From Gracilinanus agilis (Eukaryota), in NCBI RefSeq assembly GCF_016433145.1, contig NC_058132.1, positions 88,801,392-88,865,391 of the forward strand: 64,000 nucleotides of DNA, written 5' to 3'. The notes below the pieces were generated by a model. It ran no database searches and was not told the origin of the DNA. It saw only the letters and a list, made by a program, of their open reading frames with translations. Made by a program: the position numbers and the translations under genes. The number at the start of each line of letters is the position of its first letter. Positions within the stretch are counted from its first letter, which is position 1. This document shows, one piece after another, positions 12,385 through 24,579 of this stretch.

Positions 12385-12949
12385 CTCCCAAAATGGCCTT
12401 TTCTTAATGTAGCAATCATTGATTTTGTTTTTTTTTCTTTTTTCCACAAATTATTGAAATTTATAAATTGATTATGTTTTTATGATCCATTGGGGAAACT
12501 GGTCTCCCAAAGGAACACAGGGGGTATGTATAAATGGAGATTTTGAACCTTGGATTTAATCCCCTATATGTCCTCAGTTTACTCAAAATTCCCTTTAATC
12601 TCTCCTGCGCCTCCCTGTTTGTGTGGTCATGTTATTGTTTTATAGTTGGCTGTAACTACTCCCTCTCTCTCTTTGGTTCCTGAGAGTGACCTGTTTAGTA
12701 CCTTTTAGTTAGTCTCTTTTGTTAGTTTATTATTAATAATAAAATATTTATAAATAAAATATTTAGTATTTTTCATATTAATTTTAATCTCTACAACTGT
12801 TATCAAAAGGATTCACAAGTTCCTGACTGATTAAGTTAAAAGGGTGGAGCACTCCAAGCATTTAAGATAAAAAAAAATCCCTTTCGCATTTCGTTTTCTT
12901 CTCCAGAGTTTTAGTCTACCCTATGACCAAATTAACTTTCTATGTTGAG

Positions 12950-13690
12950 TTTCTTTTTTTTTGTTGTTGTTGGCTAATGTTCATGCCTTTTCTTTTAGTT
13001 TAGTTTTAAAAAATCTATAAATTTGATCTTTGTAACTGATGAAGGATACATTGTTCCAAGTTTCTTGTTCTTTATGCAGATGTCTTCAGAGAGAGCTGGC
13101 ACAGGGTTCTTCCCAGGTGGTATGATCTAAGAAGAGGTGTGTTTAGTACTCTCCTGGTCTGTGCAACCACTGTGAGTAACCTCTAGTATTCTTTTATCTC
13201 TTGGAACTGTGACCAGGGTCTTCTGCACCCCTGTGGCTATAAGTGTTCTTGTATGCTGGGGCTCCTCTTCCCTCTGCAATTGCTCCTTAAGACTGTGATC
13301 TGATTTTGCATATGGGCAATGCAACAAGTCTTGCACCCCAAGCCAGCAAAGGGACCCCTGTAATCTCCTTCTGAGCAGCTGTCCTACTCCTCTTACCATC
13401 TATGACTGAGAATTCTATTAGCCTTGCAGCTGGTTCAGTTGTACCCAAAGCCTGTTGCCTCGGTGGGGTCTGCCCTGGAGAGCTGTGCTCCACCTCCATC
13501 TGGTGCACTAGATCCCTTGTGCTGTCCTTCTAAGTTGTTTGGGGCTGAAAAATTACTTTGCTTTGTCTTTCAGTGGGTTATGTGGCTCCAGAATTCATTT
13601 TGAGGTCTTGCATAATTGCTTTTTGAAAGGAAATTTGGTATATATCAGATGAGTTCCTGTACCTTCTCTGCCCTCTTGGATCCACCCCTA
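12950..13690 (-). mobile_element. Old L1 5'UTR/ORF1 start (continuation of 7440-8500)
   Basis: Typical marsupial L1 5' sequence (ggaactgtgaccaggg..., cttctaagttgt..gggctg). Confidence 0.65.
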
Positions 13691-13814
13691 CCCACAGTAT
13701 ATTAAACTTTTTAAAGTGCAAGTTTATTGTGATTCATTTCATTTTGTTAGTGTAGATGTTTATTTAAGCAACCAAGGGAACAGAAAATTTGACTACTTAA
13801 TAGCTAGGTACTGT

Positions 13815-14095
13815 TAAGGAAGCTAAGTGTCAATATAGAGTCCTAAATCTGGAATCAGAACATTCTAAATCAAATCTGGCCTTAGACCTTCACTAGCCCT
13901 ATTATCTTGAACAAGTTGCTTAACCAATCAACAAACATTTATTAAATGCCAACTATGTGCCAGGAACTGTGCTCTTCTTGCCTCAACTTCCTCATCTATA
14001 AAATGGGGACAATAACCATAATTCATCACAACATTGTTTTGGGGAACAAATGAGACAATATTGGTAAAGTGCTTAGCCTAGTGCCTGGCATCATG
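13815..14095 (+). mobile_element. MIR interrupted by an L2 3' end
   Basis: MIR core (aaatctggccttagac...aagttgcttaacc; cctcatctataaaatgggga) flanking the L2 tail aacaaacatttattaaatgcc.actatgtgccagg. Confidence 0.75.
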
Positions 14096-14261
14096 TTGGT
14101 GCCTTCTCTTTCCCCTTCTATATCCTACTCAGACTTCACCTATATTAAGTGCCAACTCTCTTCAATAAGAGCATAGAAGTTGCTGGGTGTAGGGAGCATT
14201 GAAAGCAACAACATCAAAAAACAAACAGGGAGGCAGCAAAAGAAAGTGATAAATGTTGACT

Positions 14262-14949
14262 GGGATGAGGCAGAATTGGGACACTAATACATTGCTGGTG
14301 GAGTTGTGAAATGGTCCAACCATTCTGGAAGGCAATTCAGAATTATGTGCAAAAGGCTTTGTCTTTTGATCCAGCCCTTTCACAGCTGGGTTTGTACCTC
14401 AGAGATAATAAGGGGAAATGTTTATACAAAAATATTTGTAGTCACACTCTTTATGGTGGTAAAAAATTGGAAAATGAGGGGGTGTCCATCGACTGGGGAA
14501 TTATAGAACAAAAAATGTTATCTGTTGGTGATGGAATACTATTATGCTAAAAGGAATAATGAACTGGAGGATTCCATGTGAACTTGAAAGACCTCCAGGA
14601 ATTGATGCAGAGTGAAAGGAGGAGAACCAGGAGAACATTGTACACAGAACAGATACATTGTGGGACAATTGAATTGTAATAGACTTACTACTAACAGCAA
14701 TGCAATGACCCAGGATAATTCTGAGGGACTTATGAGAAAGAACACTATCCACATCCAGAGAAAGGACTGTAAGAATAGAAACACAGAAGAAAAACATAGG
14801 ATCTATCATGTGGTTCAATGGGGATATGATTGGGATTTTGGCATTAAAAGATCCCTCTATTACAAATATGAATAATATGGAAATAGGTTTGAACAATGAT
14901 GAGTTTATAACCCAGTGGAATTGCTTGTCAGCTCCAGAAGAGGGGAAGA

Positions 14950-14991
<42 letters not shown>

Positions 14992-15040
14992 CATAATCAT
15001 GCAACCATTGAAAAATATTCTAAATAAAAAAAACAAAAAC
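14262..15040 (+). mobile_element. 5'-truncated L1 (ORF2 C-terminus + 3'UTR + A tail)
   Basis: Homologous to 2760-3548; contains a (GT)n repeat near 14952-14987. Confidence 0.9.
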
Positions 15041-15494
15041 AGGGAGTTGATTTTAAGAGAGAAAAAAATGACTGATTAGTTGGCATGGAAATATCAGAGT
15101 CAGCTACCTGTGTGTAATTAGACAGTTAATAAATTGAAGCAAAAGGGAGAATAAATATCAAACTAGAAAAAGGCATATAGAGAGTATTGCAAACAGTACT
15201 ATAAGTTTCAAACAACTGTGTAAAGAAACAGAAAAAAAGAAACAAGAAAAGATAATTGTGCTGTTCATTATCATTTATTTCATAAATCTAATCACTGGAA
15301 AGCAATCAATGCCAAAGGATGTCAAAAGATTCTGGTTAGTATTAACCACACCATCACATCTCATAAAATGGCCAAAAGCAGTGGAAAATAAATCTGTAAA
15401 AAATTGGTACCACTTAGCCATATCATGCCAACTCCATTCATAGAAGAAGCTGGTAGGAGACCTTTTCCATATCCTTTCTAAAACTTGTGACTCT

Positions 15495-15930
15495 GTCTTG
15501 TTAAACTGGAAAAAAAATAGTCAGAAAAACCATGTCTTTAATCAGGAGAGCGATAATGTTTTAAATATTTAGGCCTACACACAGAGTCACGTGCCCCAAA
15601 CCATACAGAACCAAAGGCCCTGTCACATCCCTGGGAGAAATCACCAAGCTAGATGAGAGCTTAGAGAAACAAAAGAATTTGGGGAACTAATATACCTTTT
15701 GGGGAACCCAGGGACAGGGAAATATGATTGATTGACATCACCAAGGCTACAAAGAGATGGGAGTGTTCAAACTACACTGACAGACTTGGGGAAAGAGCCA
15801 TAGTCAAAGGGTAGGGCACCTACCTTACAATTGATACTAAAGGCAAGATCTAGACAAGGGCTGGGCTACTTGGTAAAAGGACTTTGATACAATGGGAGAA
15901 ACTATTAAGACAAAAAGGGTTCTTAGCATT
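15495..15930 (+). mobile_element. LTR-like element related to the inverted sequence at 37140-37330
   Basis: gccccaaaccatacag and actattaagacaaaaaggg match the reverse complement near 37150-37280. Confidence 0.45.
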
Positions 15931-16069
15931 TGATTAGTTCTGCCAGCTCCACCATATATATAAAATACATGTACTATGTTCATAATTATAAATGGCTATA
16001 GTTATTTACAACATGTCTCTCCTAAAGAATGTGATCTCATTAATGGCCTAAGACCATGGTTTCACCTGT

Positions 16070-16726
16070 CTTTTGTATGGAAAGTTATTATTAATTTGTG
16101 CCTCTCTTTTTGCCCCCCAAAAAGCCTTTTAATTTTTAAATTTTAAGCAGTTTGATTTTAGAGATGAAACTCAAATTATATCTCTATGGAAGCTAGAGGT
16201 GGGTGTCTTTCCTTTTGTTTAGATGCAAAGTTGGCCCGGTGGAGAAAAGCAGATGGTTTTATCTGTAAATAAGAACTCTCTTGAATAGTGAAGCAATTAA
16301 ATTAGTTTAGGAAGACTTCATGTGGGGAAGAGATCATGTGTGTTCTGAACTATTCTGGATAGTCAAGTACATGTCTTGGCATCATACAGAGATCCCACCT
16401 CTGTTCTGATTGAGGTCTGGGTCTTTCAATCAGAAAGACTCTGGGAAGATATGTTACAAAGAGCACAAACTGACAGAAGTGATAAGAAGTTGGGTCTTTT
16501 CCAGAACCCCAGACTCAGGAGGTCATGTGGTCTGGCTCTGGTCTTGCCCAGTTCCTGGTAGAGTAGGCACTGGCTGTCCAGTCTGCCCCAGGTTCTTGCT
16601 CACCAAGCTAGTCAGACAAATGGTGTGTGCTTCTCTCTTTCTCTCTCTCTGGCCCACTTTTTAGTGTTAAGAAAGTCATAGCTAGTAAAATTAAGATATA
16701 GTCTCCAGATTATTTTAATCATTACG
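16070..16726 (+). mobile_element. Probable solo LTR (5' boundary uncertain)
   Basis: U5-like end TTTTAATCATTAC(G), resembling the other LTR ends in the window. Confidence 0.5.
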
Positions 16727-17351
16727 ATTGTATCCTTGACCCTGAACATATTGCCTGTCATATAGTAGATATTTAATGAATATTCATTGATTGATGGAGA
16801 AGAATATTTCTCTGATATCTGTTAAAATAAGACTCAATCACCTTTGTATTCTGACACCTCAGCCTCCAGTATGTTATATAAGGAAAGAGAAATATGCATT
16901 CATAAAATGGAAGAGAGAAAGAGCAATTGGACTACAGTAAATGCACATGGAGAAGATGCATAATGGAAGTCACACAGTCTTGAAAGCATAATGAGGTCAT
17001 TTTTACAGAGATATCAGGGATACAAATATATCAAAGTGCAATGGGGGTACAGGGTTACTTAAACACTCCAAGTTTCTAGAGGAATCTGAGACCAAAAGAG
17101 TAAGTGAGGAATTCCTAGATCATGGACCCCAGGAATGCTGGTGGTAGAAGAAAGCAAGCCATGGTGCTACTAAACAGACAATTGCATGGACAAAATTTTC
17201 TGAGAGCAACATTTCCTTCTCTTTTAGACACACTTCCCCTATTCATATGATAAGGGTTTTAGCATGGATATGTACTTTCTGTTTGCATCTCAAACATCAC
17301 TAAATTCTCTGAGATATGAAACTCACCCTCCTTCATGATCAGAGCCAAATA

Positions 17352-17649
17352 TGTTATTAACAATGTATACATGTGCTTTTACCCCAGACACTAAAGACAC
17401 CTCACATGGGAACGTCACCTCATCTTCCTTGGTTGTCCCCCTCCCAACCTTCCTTTCCGGATTATGTAGTCTCTGTTCCTTTTAGGTATCAAAATCCTGG
17501 ACCCCATCTCCTTAGGGAGGCACACTTTGCCTGCACCTGCCTCCCAGTCATTCACTCAATAAATTCCTCTATTTTTAAAGATTTGTAAGAGCCTGGCAAT
17601 TCTTTAAGTGGGCATCATCCCAAATCAGATAAAATCAAACTCTCCCACA
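17352..17649 (+). mobile_element. Solo LTR
   Basis: TGTT...CCCACA termini, internal AATAAA; TSD not resolved. Confidence 0.6.
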
Positions 17650-17799
17650 ACAAAAGGAATGGGGAAAATATGGACTTTATTACATCTTATAATTCCTAAG
17701 CCTAATTTGTCATCTTCATAAAACTTTTATGAGAACAATCCACAATTTTATGAATGTATAAGCAAGAAAGGCAAATACTTTTTTGTAGCAGATAACCAG

Positions 17800-18450
17800 A
17801 GGTAGGATTTTTAATACTGATCTTCTGATTTCAAAGCCAGTGCTCATTTACTGGGCCCTTCTGCCTTCCTTAAAAGCTTGCTTTTAGGGTTTTAGTACCA
17901 GTTGTACTTTGCCCAAGACACTCTACTTCTCTGGGCCTCAGTTTCCTCATTTGTGAAATGAGAAAGATGGAGATGACTTTTCTAGATTTCTAGATCAATG
18001 ATTCTATATGGCTACCATCTATAATCCCAAAGGTCTATTATGGAAAGGAATAATACAATGTGGGATGTAAAGCCAAAAAAAATAGTCACTACCCTCAAGA
18101 TATTTATATTTTAAATCAGAACGTACATCATATTGTTAGAGAAGTAAATATAAAAATGAAAAGTTTAAATTCAATTTCAAGAAGGAAGGTCTTATGGAGG
18201 AGTTGCCACTTGAGTGATATTTTAAAGGGGGTAGGTGAATAACCTAGAGGTGTGGTGAAGAACAAGTACACACTGGGTGTGGAGGACCACTTGTTTAAAG
18301 GCATGGAGGGAGAAGAAGAAATGTCATTTATGAAGAATAGTTATTATATCCATTTTACTGAAATAGAGATTTCATGAAGAACAAAATGTAGGTAGGACTC
18401 AGATTGTGAAGGACTTTCAGTACTAAATCTCTGTTTCCAATGTGATGAGG
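17800..18450. mobile_element. MIR and L2 fragments
   Basis: MIR core ctctgggcctcagtttcctcatttgtgaaatg; purine-rich L2-type sequence 18040-18450. Confidence 0.55.
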
Positions 18451-18496
18451 ATATGTGTGAGACAAAAGCTTGGACTACATGAGTTCTGGTAGGTAC

Positions 18497-18789
18497 TGTT
18501 AATATTAAAAATGATAGAGGCTTGTATAAATATATAAATTAGTATTTTAATTAAAGCCATGTTGATAGATAAAATCATTAGACCACGCGCTTGTAAGCAT
18601 TCAAAACTGCCGCCTCCATTTTGTCTCCTGTTTCCTGGCCATGGCCTACTCGCAAAAGAGACCACTCCCTCCTAACCCACGAGATTTAAGCTCTCCCCTG
18701 CGTCAAGACGTCGGAGACGGAAATCAGTTGGACCATGTTGGATCACGGGAAATGTAGTTTTATACATTTCCCAAATTTCACTTTTTACA
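18497..18789 (-). mobile_element. Young CpG-rich solo LTR (293 bp) with perfect 4-bp TSD GTAC
   Basis: TG..CA termini; GTAC at 18493-18496 and 18790-18793; many intact CpGs; minus-strand ATTAAA at 18546-18551. Confidence 0.9.
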
Positions 18790-19190
18790 GTACCATGGAA
18801 GAAGATATTGGCATGGGAGGCCAAGATTCCTAGTTAAGAAAGCTCTTCTAATCCATCTCCTCATCAATCATATAGAGGAGAATTCCAGGTGCTTGAGACT
18901 TTTGATTTGGAATACAGAGGAGGGCCTCACCTATGATAATGCTTTTGAATGAGCCAAGTCTTCAGTATCCATAGATAAATTGTTTGTCTATTGAACCATC
19001 AGTTTTCCTAGGGGTAATCAGAGCCCAGCCATGTGATTGTCACTGTGCTCTTTGCTCTTAACTAGGAAAGTAGACAATAGCCCCCAAAGTAATATATCTC
19101 AAAATCCGTATACCTGAGAAAGGAACAGACTTTCAAAGAGCTCTAGCTCTCTCTTGGTGATGGCTTACATTATATTTGAGAGACAAAGGA

Positions 19191-20141
19191 TTAGGCTTGG
19201 TTCTTGAAACTAATTAGTTTGACCACCCTATCCCTGATCTCCTTAGTCTTTATCCCATATACAATGGGATTAAGAAGAGGTGGAACTAACAGATAGAGGT
19301 TGGAAAGAAGTATGTGGACATAGGGGGGGATATTGAACCCAAATCTGTGAGTGAAAAAGGAGAAGAAGGCAAGAATATAGAATTCCAAAAAGACAAATAT
19401 ATGGGCAATACACGTGTTGAAGGCTTTGAGCCGAGCCTCCTTCTGGGGGAGATGGAAGACTGCAATAAAGATCCGAACGTAGGACAATAGGATCAAGATG
19501 ACATCAAATCCCAGGATAGAGAAGGCCACAAACAGACCATAAGCCTTGTTGACTTGTATGTCCTCAGCAGCCAGCTTCACAACAGCCATGTGCTCACAGT
19601 AGGAGTGGGAGATGACAGTGGTTCGGTAATATTTGAGTCGACATTTGATGAGCAAAAGGCAGGGGGCCATGAGGATACCTGCTCGTAGGGTGACCCCAAT
19701 GCTTATCTGAGTGAGGAGTTGTGAGGTAAAGATGGTACCATGTCTCAGAGGGTCACAGATGGCCACATAGCGGTCCACAGCCATGGCCAAGAGGATGCCT
19801 GACTCTATGCACTGGAATGTGTGAATAAGCCACATCTGTAATAAACACACATCAAAATGGATCTCGCGCAAATGAAACCAAAAGACACCTAACATCTTGG
19901 GAAGGATGCATGTGCTAAGGGCAATGTCAGTGATTCCCAACATGGCCAGAAAAAGATACATGGGCTTGTGGAGACTACGCTCAGATTGAATGATCACCAG
20001 GAGCAAGTAATTCCCAACGAGGGCAATGATATATATAGCACAGAATGGAATCCCAATCCAGCACTGCACAGACTCCAGACCAGGGATCCCAATCAGCGTC
20101 AATATGGATGGCATGAAGACTGTACCATTGGCCATTAGCAT
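19191..20141 (-). CDS. Class I olfactory receptor, family 52 (OR52A-like), intact, 316 aa
   Basis: LHKPMY, MAVDRYVAICDPLRH, HSYCEHM, KAFNTC, THRFG, PPLLNPIVY motifs; seven TM segments; N-glycosylation site NGT. Confidence 0.96.
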   Translation of the reverse strand: MLMANGTVFMPSILTLIGIPGLESVQCWIGIPFCAIYIIALVGNYLLLVIIQSERSLHKPMYLFLAMLGITDIALSTCILPKMLGVFWFHLREIHFDVCLLQMWLIHTFQCIESGILLAMAVDRYVAICDPLRHGTIFTSQLLTQISIGVTLRAGILMAPCLLLIKCRLKYYRTTVISHSYCEHMAVVKLAAEDIQVNKAYGLFVAFSILGFDVILILLSYVRIFIAVFHLPQKEARLKAFNTCIAHIFVFLEFYILAFFSFFTHRFGFNIPPYVHILLSNLYLLVPPLLNPIVYGIKTKEIRDRVVKLISFKNQA

Positions 20142-21818
20142 GCAGGGCTAGGACGCTTACATCAAAGGACTAAGACTGCTAATTGGGATTGCTTTATAAA
20201 TTTCTCTTTCCTCTTCTGACCTGTTGACTTGAAAAAAGAGGCATTCATTTAAACATTCATTTATACATGATTTATAGGTCTTTCTAAATTACATGAATTT
20301 CCCAAACCATGACTGCTTCCTCAATTCTACCAAGCATTGTTTCTTCCAGGACCTGCCATCCCTTGTGGAACTGAATCAGATACCTATTCAAGTTCTCAAA
20401 TTCACTAATATTTTTCTGTTGCTATTGTCCTGGGAATTAGTCCTTGGGACTATGACCTTTCTACTATCCCCTTTATCTTCTATCTATCATATATATGTGG
20501 GTCAGAATCTAGAGTTGAAGAATTTAATTTTATATTGAGTCCTATAGAAGTAATATCCCGAAACTGAGGTGCTTTCTCTCAAGATTCTTTTCTCTTGATG
20601 TTTATGAGATGTCTGGGTTTTTCCTAGCTCTCCCTATGTACACCCTATTCCATGAGGTTACAGTAACCAAAATAAACAAGTGCTTTATGTCTCCAAATTC
20701 TTCCTCTTTTTCAGGCTGCCTCCACCCCAGCCACCATCATGATCATATTAGATGCTTTTTTATTGGTCCCTGCTTATAGATGTTTCCTCTCTTTACCTTA
20801 AACTTACCTAATCACTGTTTGCCTACTAAAACTTTTTACCAGTTCTCAATGACATATTCTGATTTCCTATCTCACTTTCTCTTATTTGCTATGTATGCGT
20901 TCTACATTTGGAAAGATTTTTGTATATATCACTTATATGATCCTCACTTTTAATGTAATGAAAAGAGTAAGAACAAAGGTCCAAAGAGAACTCTGTTCAT
21001 TTTCTGTGAATTCCTTAATTTTCTTTGAATTCCTCTTTAGGAAATAAATACTATTTGGAAGTATGCTGTTCTCCCAAATGTTGACTTTACTTTCAGGGAG
21101 AAATGCTAGAATCCATGTATTTTATATTTCTAAGATTTTTTAAAAGACAGTGTGACATAGCGAATCTAAGCTTGGTCTTAGAATCAGGAAGATCATCATT
21201 CAAGTTCTTCCTCTAACGTTTACCAGCTTTATGAGCATGGAAAATTCATTTAGCTTCTGAGTGTCAAAGGAAACTTTCTGTGATATATATGTTATAGATG
21301 TGCTGTTGATCCACACTGAGGGAAGGAATTTACACATTAAATTCCTTAAACTGATGAAATAACAGATAAGGAAAGAAAAATGAGGGAGTATTGAGGGACT
21401 ATTTTAGTATAATTCCTAACAAAAGCAGGATCCCATGTATTATATTCCTGAAAAACTATCATTTAGTCTCTGCACAGACACTTCCAATGCTGGGCAATCA
21501 GCCTTATCTATTGTTGCATAGACCAAGTTCTTGAGTGTGGGTCCTTGGGGGCTGATCACTGAAGGAGAACTCCTGAGAAGTTCTGTTTCCTTCAGTGCTC
21601 TGTTCTCTCATCCTTTCAGGATATATGGGATGCCTTGAGGAAGCTTAAAAGTTTGGAGGGTAGAACGTTTGAAGATGGAAGAGAGAGGAGTGAAAATCCA
21701 GGATTTAATAATTTTATTGCAATTCTTTTCCCTGGAAGACCATCCTCAGGAAGCATCACTTAAAAAGTTCAGTAAAATAGAAGAAGACCCATGGGAAGAA
21801 ATGTAATCAACCTCTTAC

Positions 21819-21868
21819 CTTTTATCTTCACAGGAAATTCTTCCGGAATAACCCTTTTAGCTCTACGC
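21819..21868 (-). other. Candidate non-coding 5' exon of the OR52A-like gene (50 nt)
   Basis: Minus-strand acceptor CTGCTTTTTCTAG and donor AAG|GTAAGA. Confidence 0.5.
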
Positions 21869-23682
21869 CTAGAAAAAGCAGATGAATTTAGTGGCAACTG
21901 ATTTTTCTGGACTATTTAAGGAAGTCAAATCTCATGAAATGGTTTGATACAGCCTCATATCAAATTCATCATTACTTACTGAGAGAAGTAGAGTGGATAC
22001 AAGGGAGAGTTCAGTCAATGGGCTGAAAGGAATTGTGCAATGTTGGGGTCATTCTATTGACCTAATTCCCTGCTCCGTAGATTTTCATCATGATTCCTAA
22101 AGACATCTCTGGAAATCAGTTTTAGTTAATAATTTTGGCTTAGGCTACTCTTCTGGCTCCTTAGGCTATAGTGCATCAGAATCAAGAAGTAAGAAACAAT
22201 AGGATCTTCCTTCAATTGTGGTCAAGTCCAGTCTAGTTCTGCCTGCCTGGATTGTAAATGCTGAATTCACTCCTATTCCCATTTCTGGAAAAGGATGCTA
22301 GATAACAGGTATCTGGCACATAACCATGAACCATCATAAGGCTCCTATATAAAAACATCAGGTGCAATTGGCTGCCACTTCTTTTATCTATATCCCTCAC
22401 TCCAACACCATTGGGAACAACTATTTAAAAGGGGAGGTTCCAGAATTACGCCTGAGGACATGTTGTGTCACCATTAGAGAGAGAGATCCAGGTTAGCATA
22501 TAACCCTCTGGGATCAAGAAGGCCTGATGTTTAAAACAAAAACAAAAATACAAAAAAAAATAAAGCAAAGCCCATCTCTACCAATGGAATGACATCCAAA
22601 ATTCCATATCAGAGCCTCATTTCTAGGATTGTGATTCTGCTGACATCTCTGGATGGAAAACCTTGGAAATCAATGATTATTCTTAGATCTCATGTGAATT
22701 TGGTGTGGGGGAGTAAACAAAAGACAAAAATGACAAAATACTCTGAATTCTGAAAATGGCTGAGATTTAGGATGGAGGAAATATCATAACAAAAAGATAC
22801 AGAACAGTGAAGGTTATTCAACTTCACCACATTCACAGTTGTGTTGGGTGACTTACAGCAACTTGTTTTTCCAGGCTATATACCCACATGCCTTTTATTT
22901 TCTTCTCTTAGCAAGCTAGATAGGAACCACATGGTACTTCCTTTAGAATTCAAATTACTTCCTCATTCCACTGTTTACAAGTATAAAACCTTAGATCACC
23001 TCCTGGAAGAAGATTGGAGGTATTTCTTCATCCCACTTCATTCCTTCTTTTGATAGCACTATATTCATCTTTTAAAACATATAGACTGTACTTAAAGGAG
23101 AAATATAAAAGGGAGGAGGAACATAGAATCAAAAGGCTTAATGAACAGTTCTCTGAAGATCCTTCATAAGCTATGGGGTATTTTTCACTTTTATGGAAAT
23201 ATAAGATTTGAGTCATAAGGAACAATATAGGTGATTCAGTCCAACCCACATTTGAAAGAGAATCCTTTTGATAATACACCTGATATGTGTCTATGTAGGC
23301 TTTTTGGGAATATCTCCAGGGGCTGGAAACTGCTAGTTAGTGCTCCAGCCTATTCCATTTTCTGATAGCTCTGATTATTTAGGAATCTTTCCCTTTACTT
23401 TACTTTTTTCTAATTTCCACTTTTACCTGCCCTGACCAAACAAAAAAGTATAATGTATGATCTTCATACCATGTAACAGGAGGTTTCTTCTCTGTTGAAA
23501 TAGGAAGAGTTTAGAAAACAGTTTCAGACAACAGAATATAGTGCAAAGGTGCATTAGAAAAGAAAAAAAAAAACCTGATGCCCATTGTCCAAAATGAGAT
23601 TAGAAAAGGGACACATTTCCCTTCATTATCCTAGAGTTTTCTCTTTAAACGCTATGACAACATAAAACCATCTCAGCCTCAC

Positions 23683-23748
23683 CTTTCAGAGGACTTTCTC
23701 TTGCAGTCCTCTTCCCCAGCTGTCAGAGATGAAAATCTCAAAAACTGC
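23683..23748 (-). other. Candidate non-coding 5' exon of the OR52A-like gene (66 nt)
   Basis: Minus-strand acceptor TTTTCCCTTTCTCACAG and donor AAG|GTGAGG. Confidence 0.55.
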
Positions 23749-24094
23749 CTGTGAGAAAGGGAAAACTGATTCTGGGACCATTTTAGTGAATACATGTTTT
23801 TAAACAACCTGGAACAGGTGGAAAAATTAACTGGAAAAAAACAAAGAAACAACCTTCCCCCATCAAAAAAAAATCAAGTGTATTTCTAATGGTGAAATTT
23901 CAGTCTTATTTTGTAGGTTAAAGGGGGAGCTTTCTGGGGAGCAGGATAACTTGACAGCATAGTTACAGAATTATTTGTATGTTCCTTATACAGGTAAAGC
24001 AAAGAATAAATGACTTTTATGATGTACTCTTTCTTTTGTCCCACTAATACAGTTATTCTCACTCTTAGGCTACCAAAAATCAGTGTGGACTCAC

Positions 24095-24323
24095 CTTCAT
24101 ATTTTGTGGTAAGAGATTCTGTGGTCCTAGAAACATGGCTAAGATCTGGAGAAATCAGACCTGGGGAGCATATTTGGATGCAGATATTAAATTGGTTTTG
24201 GTCTGTTGGAGGAGGAGTTTCAGGTGACTGCAATGTACAGATCTGCATTGTTTGGTCCCCAGGGGAAAATTCTTAGACAATTACTCTCCTCTTTTGCTTC
24301 CTTCTACCCTCATACACTAATTG
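24095..24323 (-). promoter_or_regulatory. Candidate OR promoter/first exon (O/E and homeodomain sites, first donor)
   Basis: O/E-like TCCCCAGGGGA 24256-24266; TAATTG sites at 24278-24283 and 24318-24323; donor AAG|GTGAGT at 24095/24094. Confidence 0.55.
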
Positions 24324-24579
24324 CCTCCAATATGACCTTTCAAGTCATAAGAATAGCATATTTAGTTTGAGATATCTGGCACTGCATTTCTAAATGAATT
24401 TGTCTACTGGCCTTTTGATTTCTATAAAAATTAATTTTTTCCTGACCTCCCCCAAACTCAATTCTGTTTGATCTAACTCCATTGAACAAATATTTAAACA
24501 AAGAAGTTCACATGTGTGTATGTGTCTCTATAAATTTATATTACAATTATTAATTAGCTCTCCCTTCATAGCTTCCAAG

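Larger units (their letters stand above)
9116..12795 (+). mobile_element. Two-LTR non-coding (non-autonomous ERV1-like) element with 4-bp TSD ACTG
   Basis: Direct LTRs 9116-9381 and 12527-12795 (TGTATAAATGG...ACA); TSD ACTG at 9112-9115 and 12796-12799; TGGC PBS start at 9385; purine tract AAGGAACACAGGGGG before the 3' LTR; no gag/pol ORF. Confidence 0.88.
8524..12888 (-). mobile_element. Solo LTR split into 8524-9115 and 12796-12888 by the element at 9116-12795
   Basis: Minus strand shows CCAAT-like, CTATAAAA and AATAAA signals and U5 end AATTTTAAATCTTACA; sequence resumes after the duplicated ACTG. Confidence 0.7.
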
